This document shows positions 30,798 to 40,542 of a stretch of 64,000 bases of DNA, one piece after another. The stretch's first letter is position 1. Each line of letters begins with the position of its first letter. The notes under the pieces are model-generated. The model had not been told where the DNA came from and made no database searches. It saw only the letters and a program-made list of their open reading frames with translations. Source of the DNA: an uncultured Verrucomicrobiota bacterium (GTDB lineage Bacteria; Verrucomicrobiota; Kiritimatiellia; JAAZAB01); contig CAYUHK010000006.1 in the NCBI GenBank assembly GCA_964444425.1, positions 5,424 to 69,423 on the forward strand, in the 5' to 3' direction. The translations under genes and the position numbers were made by a program.

Positions 30798-32057
30798 ATG
30801 CATGTTTGGATAGTTGGAGATGGTGAGCCAATGCGCGGGATAGATCCCGGCACGCGCGATTGGCGTTGCGGCATGTTAGCCAGAGCCTTGGTGGCGCGCG
30901 GGCATAGTGTGCTTTGGTGGAGCTCAACCTTTAATCACTATAGCAAGACCCAACGTTATAATGAGCCCCACACCTTGGAAATAATGCCCGATTTTAAGGT
31001 GCGCCTGCTCCACGGGCCGGGATATCGCCACAATAAATCTCTTAAACGTTGGCAACATCACCGGGTTGTGGCGCGTGAGTTTGCTAAGGAAGCGTTAGCG
31101 GCTTCGCCGCCAGACATTATTTTCGCAAGCCTGCCGACCTTAGAGCTGGCCGAGCAGGCCGTGCGCTATGGAAAAAGCCGGCAGCTTCCAGTGCTGGTTG
31201 ATGTTCGCGATTTATGGCCGGATCATTACTTGACCTTGGCGCCAGGGCCATTGAGACCTATCTTTAAAGCGGCGCTTTGGCCTGAATATAAGCGTGTTGG
31301 TAGAATTTTAAATAACGCCACAGCTATAACAGCAATCTCTCCAAGCTATTTGAATTGGGCATTGCGGCATGCCGGCCGATCACGGAGTGCGCAAGATGGC
31401 ATTTTTTTTATGGGTTACCCAATATCTTTTGCTAGCACGGCAGAGCTGGCCTCTTGTCAAAAAGAACTCTTAGCCAGGTTTAATTTAAAGCCAACCGATC
31501 AGCTGTTAACCTTTGTAGGAGCTTTTATATCCTCGTACGCCTTGCCAACGGCCATCGCGGCGGCGCGTTTGTTGGGCCACGCTGCTGCAGCTGATTTCCG
31601 ATTGGTTTTAGTTGGCGATGGCACGGATAAGAAAAAACTGCACGCCTTGGCCCGCGGGCTGGACAATGTTATTTTTGTTGGCTGGTGCGATCAAACCACC
31701 ATCACAACCATGCTTAAAATGTCCATGGCCGCTTTGGCGCCTTATCGTAACGATGCCTCGATGTCCCTCCCTAACAAACCATTTGAATATATGGCAGCCG
31801 GCTTGCCGTTGATCTCCTCCTTACACGGAGACTTGGAAGAATTGGTTAGGAAAGAAGGCATAGGCCTGCAGTATAATGCGGACGACCCTCATTCACTGCT
31901 AGAGCAGATCCGCTGGCTAACCGATCATCCCCTCGAACGCCAGACTATGGGTCGCCGCGCCAAAGAACTGTTTGAAAAACGCTTCCGAGAAGATATCGTT
32001 TATAACGGTCTAATTGATCATTTGGAACAAGTTGCCGCGGGGCCAAGCAGGAGATAG
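30798..32057 (+). CDS. GT4-family glycosyltransferase
   Basis: GT-B fold; C-terminal EYMAAGLPLISS motif. Confidence 0.8.
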   Translation: MHVWIVGDGEPMRGIDPGTRDWRCGMLARALVARGHSVLWWSSTFNHYSKTQRYNEPHTLEIMPDFKVRLLHGPGYRHNKSLKRWQHHRVVAREFAKEALAASPPDIIFASLPTLELAEQAVRYGKSRQLPVLVDVRDLWPDHYLTLAPGPLRPIFKAALWPEYKRVGRILNNATAITAISPSYLNWALRHAGRSRSAQDGIFFMGYPISFASTAELASCQKELLARFNLKPTDQLLTFVGAFISSYALPTAIAAARLLGHAAAADFRLVLVGDGTDKKKLHALARGLDNVIFVGWCDQTTITTMLKMSMAALAPYRNDASMSLPNKPFEYMAAGLPLISSLHGDLEELVRKEGIGLQYNADDPHSLLEQIRWLTDHPLERQTMGRRAKELFEKRFREDIVYNGLIDHLEQVAAGPSRR

Positions 32058-32324
32058 AAAGTTTGCTTTCGGCCAGGCTATCTGAAATGCTTTAAAAGAC
32101 AGGTCGCTTAACTCAGCGCTGCACCAACGACTAAAAAGCGTTCTCTTGGAGCAGAGTGCACGCAATAGGCTTGAGTTGCTTAGGCTGACGCTTTAATGTT
32201 TTTGTAAGAGGTCGATTCCTAGGCTCTTGAAGGGTAGATGTTTAAGGCGGCTCAAATACAAGCGAGCAGCTAAAACCACGGGCCAGGAGTCAATAATCAG
32301 CTATATGAAGACGGCGTTGTAGAG

Positions 32325-32957
32325 ATGAATGAAAATCAAACGCTTATTCGTGCAGCCGGAGCCAGTGATATTCATCGTGTTGCTTGCTTGCATCAACAAG
32401 GTTTTTCTAAAGGACTGCTTGGCCACTGCTCCCTTGCCTTGATAGGCAGATATTATCTGGCTTTCCTTGCCGACCCTTCATTAGTTTTTCTTGTAGCGGT
32501 TGATCACTCAGATGTCGTAGTGGGCTATATTCTGGGAGGGCATTTTGAGCGGCTTGCTGCCGGCCTACACAAGTTCATTCGCGCCTCTTGGCTTAAAGCG
32601 CTAGGCGAAATAGCCTATCGTCCAGCTCTCTGGCCGCTGTTGTGGAATAGGGCGCGTTCGCTTTTCTTGCCTAAGCGCTCCTCTCGGCCCTCCTTTGCCC
32701 AGGATGAGCCTTTTCGTCTATTGGCAATCGCAGTATGTCCCTCGACGCATCGCGCTGGGATAGCTTCGGGATTGATTCGCTCCTTTGAATCCACCCTGCC
32801 AGCGCAAGCATCTTCTTATGGCCTATCTGTTCACCGCTGGAATAAGCCCGCTTTAAAACTATATGCCAAGCTGGGATTTAGTGAATATGGCGCATCGCCA
32901 GAATCCTTTTACCTGCGCCGCTCACTCGGTCGCGCTGCTAAAACCATAGCCACCTAG
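32325..32957 (+). CDS. GNAT-family N-acetyltransferase
   Basis: Acetyl-CoA binding motif region (RAGIASGLIRSFE) and a C-terminal GNAT beta-strand (LYAKLGF). Confidence 0.65.
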   Translation: MNENQTLIRAAGASDIHRVACLHQQGFSKGLLGHCSLALIGRYYLAFLADPSLVFLVAVDHSDVVVGYILGGHFERLAAGLHKFIRASWLKALGEIAYRPALWPLLWNRARSLFLPKRSSRPSFAQDEPFRLLAIAVCPSTHRAGIASGLIRSFESTLPAQASSYGLSVHRWNKPALKLYAKLGFSEYGASPESFYLRRSLGRAAKTIAT

Positions 32958-33123
32958 GCCGCGCGCTTTGTGCTGAGGGTCTTGGCCGGCGCTGGGGCGC
33001 CGGTCGGACACGCTTGGCAACGGGTTGGTGGGCGACTTAGGGTCATGTACTTGATGTGCATTACCAAGGAGGTTTTTAGTAATCCGCCGCCCAGGTAACG
33101 AAAGCCATCTAGAGGCATTCCAG

Positions 33124-33714
33124 ATGAAACGTATGTTTGACATGCTTGCCGCCGCACTAGGATTGATTATTTTGGCGCCCTTGTTGCTGCTGATTGCCGT
33201 GGCTATTCGTTGCGATTCTTCTGGCCCGGTATTCTTTCGGCAAACGCGAGTCGGGCGCGGGGGCCAGGATTTTATACTATTAAAATTCAGGACCATGATC
33301 GTTAAGGAAGGGGCCGAGCAGGGCGACTTCGATGTTGGCTCGAGTCTTAGAATTACCAGAATCGGCCGCTGCTTGCGCCGCGCCAAGTTAGATGAGTTGC
33401 CTCAGCTTTGGAATGTGCTCATTGGCACAATGAGTTTAGTGGGGCCCCGCCCGGAAGTGCGCAAGTGGGTTGATGAGTATCATGAACGTTGGGCTTTAGT
33501 TTTGTCGTTGCGGCCAGGCATAACCGATCCGGCTTCCATCGCATTCCGCAATGAGGAGCAAATCCTGGCTGCTCAAGAGGATCCCGAAAAGTTTTATCGT
33601 GATATTCTGCTTCCCCGCAAGCTGGATTTATACGAGACTTATCTGCGCAAGCATAATTTTTATGGAGACTTGCTTATTCTGTTAAAAACGTTTTGGGCGG
33701 TTGTCGCTCGATAG
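33124..33714 (+). CDS. small PglC-type phosphoglycosyl transferase (bacterial sugar transferase, undecaprenyl-phosphate amino-sugar-1-phosphate transferase)
   Basis: Single N-terminal TM helix plus the PF02397 core (LLKFRTM...DELPQLWNVLIGTMSLVGPRPE). Confidence 0.8.
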   Translation: MKRMFDMLAAALGLIILAPLLLLIAVAIRCDSSGPVFFRQTRVGRGGQDFILLKFRTMIVKEGAEQGDFDVGSSLRITRIGRCLRRAKLDELPQLWNVLIGTMSLVGPRPEVRKWVDEYHERWALVLSLRPGITDPASIAFRNEEQILAAQEDPEKFYRDILLPRKLDLYETYLRKHNFYGDLLILLKTFWAVVAR

Positions 33715-33742
33715 CGCCCAAATTGGGCGCCCTTAAATAGGT

Positions 33743-34906
33743 GTGAACATGGCTCTAAAGATTCCTTTCGCTAAAGTAGATTGTTCCGGCAATGAGATGG
33801 CTTATATTCAGGAAGTGCTGGCCAGCGGCTGGCTGACCACGGCTGGCAAAGCCATGGAATTCGAGCGGCGTTTTGCGGCGGCGGTTGGCGCCAAATTTGC
33901 CTGCGCGGTCAATTCTTGTACCGCGGCATTACATCTGGCGGTTGAAGGGCTCGGTCTGGGCCCCGGCGATCAGGCTTTGGTGCCGACGATGTCCTTTACC
34001 GCTACGGCTGAAGTATTGCGTTATGTTGGAGCTGATCCTGTTTTTATAGATGTTGCTTATGGCAGCAACCTGATTACGCCGGAGATTCTGGCAGACGCCT
34101 TGCGTAAGCATCCGCGCGTCAAGGCTTTGATGGTTGTTCATTATGGCGGACAGGCTGCTGATATGGACGCGCTTCTGCAACTATGCCGTCCGCGCGGAAT
34201 AAAGATAATCGAAGACGCCGCCCATGCCTTTCCTTGCCGCTATAAGGGCCGGGCAATAGGCTCTTTTGGAGATGTGGCTTGTTTCAGTTTTTATGCCAAC
34301 AAGACGATCACCACCGGCGAGGGCGGCATGTTGACCACCAATGATGAGCAGCTCTTCAAGCGCGCGAAAATCATGCGGTTGCATGGCATTGATCGTGATG
34401 TCTGGGATCGCTTTACCAGCAGCAAGCCATCTTGGGAATATGATGTTGTGGCGCCCGGATTTAAATACAATATGCCCGATGTGAATGCGGCGATAGGTTT
34501 GGCACAATTGGAAATAGCGGAGCAGCTGCGCCAAGAACGCCAGCGCTGCGCCCTGTTTTATAATCATCAATTGGCCACAGTTGCCGGCTTGGATTTGCCG
34601 CTTGCTCTCTGCGCGCCTGAAGAACACGCCTGGCATCTCTATCCCATTGTCTTGAACGATACTCGAATATCGCGCGCGGCATTTATGGCTGACTTGGCGG
34701 CACACGGCATAGGCGCCTCCGTCCATTATAAGCCCCTGCATCGCATGCGCTATTACCGCGAACGATATGAGCTGCTCGATAGCAATTTTCCTAATGCTGA
34801 GCGCACTTGGAGAGGCAACCTATCACTGCCGATATACCCCACGCTATCGGATGATGATTTAAGTTATGTGTGCCAAACAATTCGTAAGATTATGGAAGCG
34901 CATTAA
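33743..34906 (+). CDS. DegT-family PLP aminotransferase (PglE/WbpE-like UDP-4-keto-6-deoxy-HexNAc aminotransferase)
   Basis: DegT/DnrJ/EryC1 fold; conserved lysine region (SFYANKTITTGEGG). Confidence 0.8.
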   Translation: MNMALKIPFAKVDCSGNEMAYIQEVLASGWLTTAGKAMEFERRFAAAVGAKFACAVNSCTAALHLAVEGLGLGPGDQALVPTMSFTATAEVLRYVGADPVFIDVAYGSNLITPEILADALRKHPRVKALMVVHYGGQAADMDALLQLCRPRGIKIIEDAAHAFPCRYKGRAIGSFGDVACFSFYANKTITTGEGGMLTTNDEQLFKRAKIMRLHGIDRDVWDRFTSSKPSWEYDVVAPGFKYNMPDVNAAIGLAQLEIAEQLRQERQRCALFYNHQLATVAGLDLPLALCAPEEHAWHLYPIVLNDTRISRAAFMADLAAHGIGASVHYKPLHRMRYYRERYELLDSNFPNAERTWRGNLSLPIYPTLSDDDLSYVCQTIRKIMEAH

Positions 34907-34969
34907 CTTGATCTTATAAGGTTTTATCTCAAAGCTTGTGACGGGGGCCTCGGTTAAGCAAACGCGGGT

Positions 34970-37294
34970 TTGATCATGTCGTATCTGCTCCAACATCTGC
35001 TTTGGTTCTTTCTTCCCGGGCTGCTACTGCTATATCTCTGCTGTCCTAGGCAGATCTCCTATTTAGCTGTCTTTGCGCTTTCCTATGTGCTGTTGCTCTT
35101 AAATTTGTTGCCCTTAGAGTATCTTGGGGCTGCTATAAGCTCTTTTACTGGTCTGCTCTACGCCGAGCTGGCTTTGCTTGTTTTACTGACCGCTCTTAAA
35201 ATCTTCTGGCGCCGGCGCCAGGGGCGCGGTTTGAGCGCGGCGGCTTGGTTTCGCCAGCGCCGCCGCCGTTTGGGGATCTATGGCGCTGCCCTAGTTTTGG
35301 GTTTGATTGGAGCAACTTATTGGCTCTGGGCCGGCCCCTACACCGAAATACCCGCCGATATTTGGGCGCATTTAGGACGCATTCAAGATCAGAATCTTAT
35401 TCTAGAAGCAGGCCGTTTTAAGGAGGTATTTCAGGCTGGTTTTTGGCTGAGCCACCAACATCAACATTGGTATTTTATTGAAGCTTGGCTGTGTCAACAA
35501 AGCGGCCTGGACTTAGCCGTGGCGCTGCCCTTTATGGCCTTGGCCAACGCACTTACTTTTATTCTAGGATTTTTTTCTTTCGGGTTGTTTTTGTTTCGGC
35601 GCTTGCGCCGTTCTCTGTTTGCCAAGGCAGTCATCGCGGCAGCGGCGGCCTTGTTTGGCGCAGCTCATCTGGGCGTCAACGTTTTTAGTTACATCCGCTA
35701 TTACACTCTGGCTCCGGCGCTATTTAATTATGGCATGTTTCTGGCTGCGGCGGCACTGGGGATCGCTTTTCTAGAGGGTGATCGCGGTAGCGCCCGGCGG
35801 CTATTATTTCTGCCGCTGCTGGCGGCGTTGATGTTTTGGGTGCATACGCCTGAGTTGATTTTCCTCGGTGTCTTATTGGCGGCAGTCAGTGTGGCGGCAT
35901 TATTATTGGCGGTTTGCCAAAGCCCCGCTTGGCGCGAGCTTTGGCGGGATAGACGGGCGCTAGCCTTTTATTTCTTGGCGCTGGGCGGTATAGGTCTTTT
36001 TATCTGGATGCGTTGGCGCCATCCGGGGATTGTGGCTTGTCCAGCCGGATTGCGCCCCTTGGCGCCCTGGGCACCCTTGCTCAAGAATGCCTTGATTCTT
36101 AAGCCCTTGGGCCCCTTTCTGGAAGTCGTTACGCTTTGGGGAATATTGGTCTATTTGGTATTCGCGCTGCGCTGGCGTGCTTTTCTTAAACAGCCAGCCA
36201 TTATCGGAGGGATGCTCTTGCCTCTGCTGAGCGTATTTAATCCATTCGTGATAGATATGTTTTTGCGTCATGGCCCCACCGGCGGCAACTACATCTATCG
36301 GCTGGGTTATGCGCTGCCTCTAGCTTATGTAGCCGGGTTCTTGGCTGTTGAGGCCATCTATAAACTGTGGCGGCCGCCGGAGGCCTCCTTTCCATGGAAA
36401 AGACGGCTAGCCCAGCTAGGGCGCATAGGACTGCTGCTAGGACTATTGCTATTGTTGGGGCCAATGCCGCCCGCGCTGGCGGCCCAGAGCCGTTGGTTAA
36501 CTCTGCGGCCGGTGGCTGCAGCTAATTCTGAAAAGCAATGGGGCGACCTGTTGAGTTATCTGCGCGGCTTGCCGCCTAAAACGATCATCGCTGACCCGGT
36601 GACAGCCTATGTCGTCCAGGGGCTTACTAAGCATAGCGCCAGCATTGATAAATTCTTGAACGCCCGCCGGGCCTTGTACGTGACGGGCAGTAATGATTCG
36701 TTAGCCAGCGTTTGCCGCGATATTAGCGATGACCTTAGCTTCGACGGGCTGTTGATTATAAATCATCGCGATGGCGCTTTTAGTAAGGTTGGTCAGGTTT
36801 CCAGGCACTGGCCTGGCAATGTTCTGGCCGTCAGCCAACATTATTCTGCCTCTTTGGTTGATTATGTTCAGGCTCGACCGGAATGTTTTGGCAAGCTATG
36901 GGCAAGTGCTGGCATCGCAGTCTATCAACTAAAGGCTGCGCGGATTCATGAGCATTTGCCCCAGGCGCCAGAGATGATTGTTGCTGAAGCTGATTATTTT
37001 CACCGCTATGGCTATGGCATTCGTCTGGACTGGACCAGCGTGGCGCCGCTGGGATTTCAGGGTTATCAGGTTCAATTCAGCGATAATGGGATAGATTGGA
37101 AAGATTTACGAGCCAGCCGCGAATACCGTTATTCCTGGTTATACCATCTGGGCGATCAATCTAATGCTGCTGGAACGCTAAGGCGTTGCCTGCCTTCCGG
37201 TAAAACCTATTATTATCGTGTGCGCGCGCTTTATGATTCTGGGGCGAGCGAGTGGTCCAAGGTAAAAACGGCAACGGTAGCCAGCTATCCTTAA
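34970..37294 (+). CDS. large polytopic membrane protein (774 aa) with a C-terminal fibronectin-type-III-like domain; candidate GT-C-like glycosyltransferase or polymerase
   Basis: More than 12 TM helices in the first ~500 aa; the C-terminus (YQVQFSDNGIDW...YYYRVRALYDSGASEWS) has an FN3 pattern. Confidence 0.5.
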   Translation: MIMSYLLQHLLWFFLPGLLLLYLCCPRQISYLAVFALSYVLLLLNLLPLEYLGAAISSFTGLLYAELALLVLLTALKIFWRRRQGRGLSAAAWFRQRRRRLGIYGAALVLGLIGATYWLWAGPYTEIPADIWAHLGRIQDQNLILEAGRFKEVFQAGFWLSHQHQHWYFIEAWLCQQSGLDLAVALPFMALANALTFILGFFSFGLFLFRRLRRSLFAKAVIAAAAALFGAAHLGVNVFSYIRYYTLAPALFNYGMFLAAAALGIAFLEGDRGSARRLLFLPLLAALMFWVHTPELIFLGVLLAAVSVAALLLAVCQSPAWRELWRDRRALAFYFLALGGIGLFIWMRWRHPGIVACPAGLRPLAPWAPLLKNALILKPLGPFLEVVTLWGILVYLVFALRWRAFLKQPAIIGGMLLPLLSVFNPFVIDMFLRHGPTGGNYIYRLGYALPLAYVAGFLAVEAIYKLWRPPEASFPWKRRLAQLGRIGLLLGLLLLLGPMPPALAAQSRWLTLRPVAAANSEKQWGDLLSYLRGLPPKTIIADPVTAYVVQGLTKHSASIDKFLNARRALYVTGSNDSLASVCRDISDDLSFDGLLIINHRDGAFSKVGQVSRHWPGNVLAVSQHYSASLVDYVQARPECFGKLWASAGIAVYQLKAARIHEHLPQAPEMIVAEADYFHRYGYGIRLDWTSVAPLGFQGYQVQFSDNGIDWKDLRASREYRYSWLYHLGDQSNAAGTLRRCLPSGKTYYYRVRALYDSGASEWSKVKTATVASYP

Positions 37295-37333
37295 ACTTGC
37301 TCGTCGCCAGCTTTTAGGTTAACCTCTGAACGC

Positions 37334-39247
37334 ATGCGTAACCGCTATTTATTTATTCTGGATATAATGCTATTGGCGGCAACCCCGACCTTAGCCTTGG
37401 CCTTGCGGCTTGATAGCCTGATGGGAGCCCTGGCTTATGGCTCAGCCCTGATATATTTCACGATCCTTAGCTTGTTGCTTAAACCAGCGTTGTTTTTTGT
37501 CTTTGGTTTATACCGGCGCTTTTGGCGCTATGCCAGCGTGGAAGAGATGATCAGCATCTTAGTGGCTGTGGCCAGCGCTAGCTTGTTGATCGGTGGATTG
37601 TTTTTTGGGCTGATGCAGCTGAATCTGGAAATCCTAGGGCTGGATATTGAGCGCCAATTGCCGCGCTCGCTGCCCATGATTGATGGCTTATTGACTTTAT
37701 TGGTGGTTGGCGGCCCACGTTTTGGCGCCCGGGCCTTGTTTTATAAACGCCGCTCGACCAGTCGCGACGGCGTCAACAAAACCGTTTTGATCGTTGGCGC
37801 CGGCGATGCCGGCGCAATGATTGTTCGCGAAATGCTATCCACCCAGCACATCAATTATACTCCGATAGGTTTTGTGGATGATGATCCGGCCAAGCGCCAT
37901 AAGGCATTGCATGGTGTGCCCGTGTTGGGAACCCGCCAGGATATTCCCCGCCTGGCGGCCAAGTATGGCGTGGACGAAGTGGTGATAGCGATCCCTACGG
38001 CGCCGGGTAAAGTGGTGCGCGAAATCGTTGCCCTTTGTGAGACAGCCGGAGTGCCCTCGCGCACTATGCCGGGAATGTATGAGATCCTCTCTGGGCAGGT
38101 CAGCGTGGCCCATTTGCGTAATGTGGATATCGAAGATCTCCTGCGGCGCGATCCGGTGCGCATTGACGCTCAGGAGGTGGAACGGATGCTTGCCGGCAAA
38201 CGCGTGCTGGTAACCGGCGCTGGCGGCTCAATCGGGTCGGAGCTATGCCGCCAAATTGCGCGTTGTGCTCCGGCCAGTCTGGCTCTGTTGGGGCATGGCG
38301 AAAATAGCCTGTTTGCCTTTGAAAGCGAGCTGCGCCTGCGCTGGCCAAAATTGGCCGCCGCCGTTTTTGTGGCCGATATTCGCGACCAAAATCGCTTGGC
38401 CGCCATTTTTAAGCAAATTCAGCCCCAAGTGATTTTTCACGCCGCCGCCCACAAGCATGTGCCTATGATGGAATTGAACAGCGCCGACGCGGTTACCAAT
38501 AACATTGGCGGCACTCGCGCGCTAACGCACTTGGCGGAACAAAACAACGTGGAACGTTTTGTGTTAATTTCTTCCGATAAAGCTGTTAATCCCACCAATA
38601 TCATGGGCGCCACCAAACGTGTTGCCGAAATCCTAGTCCAAAACGCGGCGCGGCGGACTGGGCGGCCCTTCGTGGCCGTGCGCTTTGGCAATGTCTTGGG
38701 TAGCCGTGGCAGTGTGGTGCCTACTTTCCGTGAACAAATTGCGCGCGGCGGACCGCTTACCGTGACTCATCCGGATGTAAAACGTTACTTTATGACGATC
38801 CCCGAAGCTGTCCAATTGGTGTTGCAGGCGGCGACCTTGGCCGCTGTGGAATGCAGCCATGGCATATTTGTTCTGGATATGGGCGAGCCTATTAAAATAG
38901 CGGATCTGGCTAAAGATTTGATCGAGCTTTCCGGTCAACAGGTTGGCCGCGATATCGAAATCATCTTTACCGGTTTGCGCCCTGGCGAAAAACTATTCGA
39001 GGAACTCTTCGGCGCCGGTGAAGACTATCACCGCACTCGCCACGCTAAGATTTTTGTGGCGGATGGGGCCTCGCGCCCGAGCTCTGCCGCTGCCGCGGAA
39101 ATTTTGGAAAAGCAAATTGACTGCCTGCTGCAGCAAGCTACCCTGAATCAAGCCTCAGAAATTCGCCGGCTGCTGCAGGAGATAGTGCCCAATTACGCGC
39201 CTCTGCTCCCAGTCGCGCCGCCGCCGACTCGGATTAGTCAAACATAA
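37334..39247 (+). CDS. membrane-anchored UDP-GlcNAc 4,6-dehydratase (CapD/WbpM/PglF family)
   Basis: Four N-terminal TM helices and two Rossmann-like domains (VLVTGAGGSIGSEL), with SDR catalytic residues. Confidence 0.85.
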   Translation: MRNRYLFILDIMLLAATPTLALALRLDSLMGALAYGSALIYFTILSLLLKPALFFVFGLYRRFWRYASVEEMISILVAVASASLLIGGLFFGLMQLNLEILGLDIERQLPRSLPMIDGLLTLLVVGGPRFGARALFYKRRSTSRDGVNKTVLIVGAGDAGAMIVREMLSTQHINYTPIGFVDDDPAKRHKALHGVPVLGTRQDIPRLAAKYGVDEVVIAIPTAPGKVVREIVALCETAGVPSRTMPGMYEILSGQVSVAHLRNVDIEDLLRRDPVRIDAQEVERMLAGKRVLVTGAGGSIGSELCRQIARCAPASLALLGHGENSLFAFESELRLRWPKLAAAVFVADIRDQNRLAAIFKQIQPQVIFHAAAHKHVPMMELNSADAVTNNIGGTRALTHLAEQNNVERFVLISSDKAVNPTNIMGATKRVAEILVQNAARRTGRPFVAVRFGNVLGSRGSVVPTFREQIARGGPLTVTHPDVKRYFMTIPEAVQLVLQAATLAAVECSHGIFVLDMGEPIKIADLAKDLIELSGQQVGRDIEIIFTGLRPGEKLFEELFGAGEDYHRTRHAKIFVADGASRPSSAAAAEILEKQIDCLLQQATLNQASEIRRLLQEIVPNYAPLLPVAPPPTRISQT

Positions 39248-39305
39248 TCGGCTTTACCATTCCAACTCAATTTTGACTGTCTGCCTCAAAGAAACATAGC
39301 ATCCC

Positions 39306-39692
39306 ATGCGGCTTTTACTAAAAAAACGGCTGAGCTGTGATCTTTATGCCGCCGCTATTCTGGCCTTATCCCTCATGCCTGCCAGCGCCATGGAGGGCTC
39401 GCCAAAATTGCTGCCGCATCAGGATAAAATAGTCCATGTCGGCCTCTACGCCGGCCTGGCCTGGCTCATGGCGCGGGCCTGGGATCAAGCCCTGCAGCGC
39501 CGGCCTTGGAAAACGATTGGCATAATCGTGATTGGGGCCACCGCCTACGGGGGTTTACTTGAAATGCTGCAGGGGTTCGTCCCGGCTTGGCAAAGGAGTT
39601 GTTCCGCGTGCGATATGCTGGCCAATCTGCTCGGAGCTGCTCTGGGAATGGTGCCGTTCCTCATGGCGGCGCGCCGGCGCGGCGCTGCTTAA
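39306..39692 (+). CDS. VanZ-like family membrane protein
   Basis: Small 4-TM protein with a VanZ-like pattern (KIVHVGLYAGLAW...LEMLQGFVP). Confidence 0.55.
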   Translation: MRLLLKKRLSCDLYAAAILALSLMPASAMEGSPKLLPHQDKIVHVGLYAGLAWLMARAWDQALQRRPWKTIGIIVIGATAYGGLLEMLQGFVPAWQRSCSACDMLANLLGAALGMVPFLMAARRRGAA

Positions 39693-39792
39693 GTTCTCGC
39701 TAAAGGGTGCGGGGCCATTTAAGATGGGCGCCATGCTGGGCTGCGGCTTGAGGCCGGCGTAGCCCGAGCTTGCTTTTGCGGAAACAAACATA

Positions 39793-40515
39793 ATGCTGAC
39801 AACCAGTTATCAGATCGCGCGCATATGGGGGATACCCATTCGAGTCCATTTTTCGTTGGTCCTTTTTCTGCCGATCATTGCCCTGCAATTCAGCCCGATT
39901 TTAGGCGAAGGCTGGCTGGCCTGGCTGTGGGGCCTGAGCGCGGCATTGGGGCTTTTCGCCAGCGTAGCCTTACATGAATTGGGCCATTCGCTGGTCGCCT
40001 TACGCCTGGGTTTCTGGGTAAGGGAGATACTGTTATTGCCGATAGGCGGGGCGGCTCAGCTGGCGCGCATGCCGCGCCAGCCGCGCCAAGAACTGGTTAT
40101 AGCCCTGGCGGGACCAGCGGTCAGTTTATTATTGGGGATTATCTTCTGGGCGCTGGTCCGAGGGTCTGGGCCTAGCTTGGCGGCCAGTAATATCAATAGG
40201 GTGTTCGTCATCCTGATGCAGCTTAATATAGCCTTAGCCATCTTTAATCTGCTGCCTTCCTTTCCGATGGATGGCGGCCGGGTCTTGCGGGCACTGTTGA
40301 CCCCATTTTTGGGGCGCTTACGGGCGACGCGCCTGGCGGTGATTCTGGGGCGGGGCTTAGCTATTCTGCTGGGCCTGGTGGGCGCTTTCCCGCCCTTTAA
40401 TCTGTTGTTGGTGGCAATCGCATTTTTCTTATATAGCATGGCCGGGGCGGAATACCGCATGGTGTTGGGCGAAGAAACTAAGCCCTCGCGGGATGATCAA
40501 TGGCTGGCTTCCTGA
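39793..40515 (+). CDS. site-2 protease family (M50) membrane zinc metalloprotease
   Basis: HELGHSL HExxH motif inside a TM helix, plus a downstream LDGG motif (PMDGGRVL). Confidence 0.7.
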   Translation: MLTTSYQIARIWGIPIRVHFSLVLFLPIIALQFSPILGEGWLAWLWGLSAALGLFASVALHELGHSLVALRLGFWVREILLLPIGGAAQLARMPRQPRQELVIALAGPAVSLLLGIIFWALVRGSGPSLAASNINRVFVILMQLNIALAIFNLLPSFPMDGGRVLRALLTPFLGRLRATRLAVILGRGLAILLGLVGAFPPFNLLLVAIAFFLYSMAGAEYRMVLGEETKPSRDDQWLAS

Positions 40516-40542
40516 ATTGGTTGGCCGTCGCCGGGAGCGCGG

